Below are positions 62,594-64,000 of a stretch of 64,000 bases of DNA, piece after piece. The notes beneath the pieces were generated by a model. That model did no database searches. It was given only the letters and a program-made list of their open reading frames with translations, and was not told the DNA's origin. Source of the stretch: Mytilus edulis (Eukaryota); assembly GCF_963676685.1 (NCBI RefSeq), contig NC_092351.1:89838001-89902000 (forward strand), written 5' to 3'. The position numbers and the translations under genes are program-made. How positions within the stretch are numbered: the first letter of the stretch is position 1; every line of letters starts with the position of its first letter.

Positions 62594-64000
62594 TTAACAA
62601 GACATCCAGTGAATATAATGCTGACCTAAAAGATTTTCTACTACTTGGACAAACTGCTGTACCAAGTTCATTGTTTTCAGCAGCAACTCATGCAACCGTT
62701 GAGTTTGCTGGTGTAAAGTTTAAGACACGCTCTGTAGATGGGAAACTCTACTTAGAATATGTTGAAAAATCCATTATCAACAAGATTTTGAACATCGCTC
62801 CTTCACTCCAACGTTTAGTAGTGTGTGAGGAAAAATATACCTTTACGCCAGATGACTTTAAAGCTGCAACAAGATCCCAAAGGCAAAAGACACAAACCTA
62901 TCCAATTTCACATTTGAAAACGAAAGAAGAAATTCTGAGCGCAACAAAATTTGACAAGACAACAATTATAACAACAACTGAGGGTAAAAGTACATATTTG
63001 GCAAGTAATGCAGAAGACCTGAAGTTCCAGAGAAATATAGTCGTTGATTTTGATAGTGAGCTCCATTTGTCACAGTGTAACTGTATTTCGGAAGAATGCC
63101 AATGCGAAATATATACAAACCCCATTCAGTATAACTTTAGTCTTTTGGGAGAATCATCAATTCATACATTAGAGGATATAAAACAGTGCAAAGGGGAAGT
63201 AGAGATGGCGCAGGTAGATTGGCTCCTCCATTACCTTCCTGATTTAAAACCTGGCAAGTCTTGTATAAGTTTTTTATCATCTGGTGACATTGATGCAATC
63301 ACAATTCACATGTTTACACTGTCATATATGTGGCCCCGATCAGTTGATGGAAAATATCTTCATCCTGTGTATATTGTTTTACAAAAACCTGGGTCTGTAA
63401 TGGATGTATACAATATAACAGAAATCCTACAAATTCTTGAACAGGCCTGGAATGACCCTTATATTGGAATCAAAATGTCAATATTTTTGTCACTTGGTGG
63501 AAATGACTTTCTCCCAAAATTTTATGGGATATCACATTCAACTATCTTACAGACTATAATGAAAAACCAAAATTTGCGAGAAAACTTAGTCAAAGTACAG
63601 CACAACAACAATAAAATTGAAGTAGAATTTGACCCAAATTTGTATGTTGAATTAATGAAGATTTTGTACTGTCCCAAGGCCTATAACTACTCTGAACTAT
63701 CGTTTGAGGAAGTAAGGCAACTTACTATTAAAGTTCCAACTATTAAAGACACTAACCAGAATAGGAATCCAAAATTGTGGTTACCAGCATCCTCTGTGTT
63801 AAGAAAGTTGTCTTTAAATGTCATCTGCTATATTAAATATTTATTGACCGCAGGAACTGCTGATACTAGACTTCCTAATTTTTTATCAGACGGTTGTCTT
63901 ACAAAATCAGTTTCTGGTGAAATTGAATTCGAACTAGGAGAAGAAGCTCATGTTGAAGATATAAATAGTATGATATTAGTTCCATCAAATGTTTTGTTGG

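Larger units (their letters stand above)
56976..64000 (+). pseudogene. Large intron-containing Academ-like transposase / XPG-XRN-like 5' nuclease gene; 5'-truncated, disrupted, runs off the window
   Basis: Coding blocks ~56976-58610, 59314-59429, 59746-61982 and 62598-64000 (the last is open with no stop, so it is absent from the ORF track). GT-AG introns. Motifs IMDNLVRL, LFAPDNK, EFPILHL, GLDTQRE, KGEVEMA, SSGDIDAI, LGGNDFLPKFYGI, LWLP. Several stops and two exonic TE insertions. Confidence 0.7.

Overview
AT-rich, repeat-dense animal DNA, most likely a bivalve of the Mytilus type (inferred from repeat and gene families, not proven). The only clearly intact host gene is a single-exon GT31 beta-1,3-galactosyltransferase (21216-22343 +). 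Mobile DNA includes: a LINE RT fragment; a complete but frameshifted Gypsy-like LTR element (2845-8506) with CG...CG termini, a 3-bp TSD and an IADD RT motif, inserted in a 38-bp minisatellite; a Harbinger-type element; several TTAA-flanked Kolobok-like elements; Naiad-type Penelope-like RT copies; hammerhead ribozyme (retrozyme) units; an Academ-like derivative; and a decayed DIRS-like element. The right half holds broken minus-strand STAND-NTPase/ankyrin genes with shuffled, hypervariable repeats, and a five-copy 1841-bp tandem array. Each array unit fuses antisense ankyrin repeats to part of a very large, intron-containing, disrupted plus-strand gene. That gene looks like a divergent Academ-type transposase with an XPG/XRN-like 5'-nuclease domain and runs off the window end. 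Most notable: three clustered TGA/TAA differences between otherwise identical LTRs (possible APOBEC-like editing), the chimeric 1841-bp array, the DARPin-like ankyrin diversification and the giant nuclease gene.
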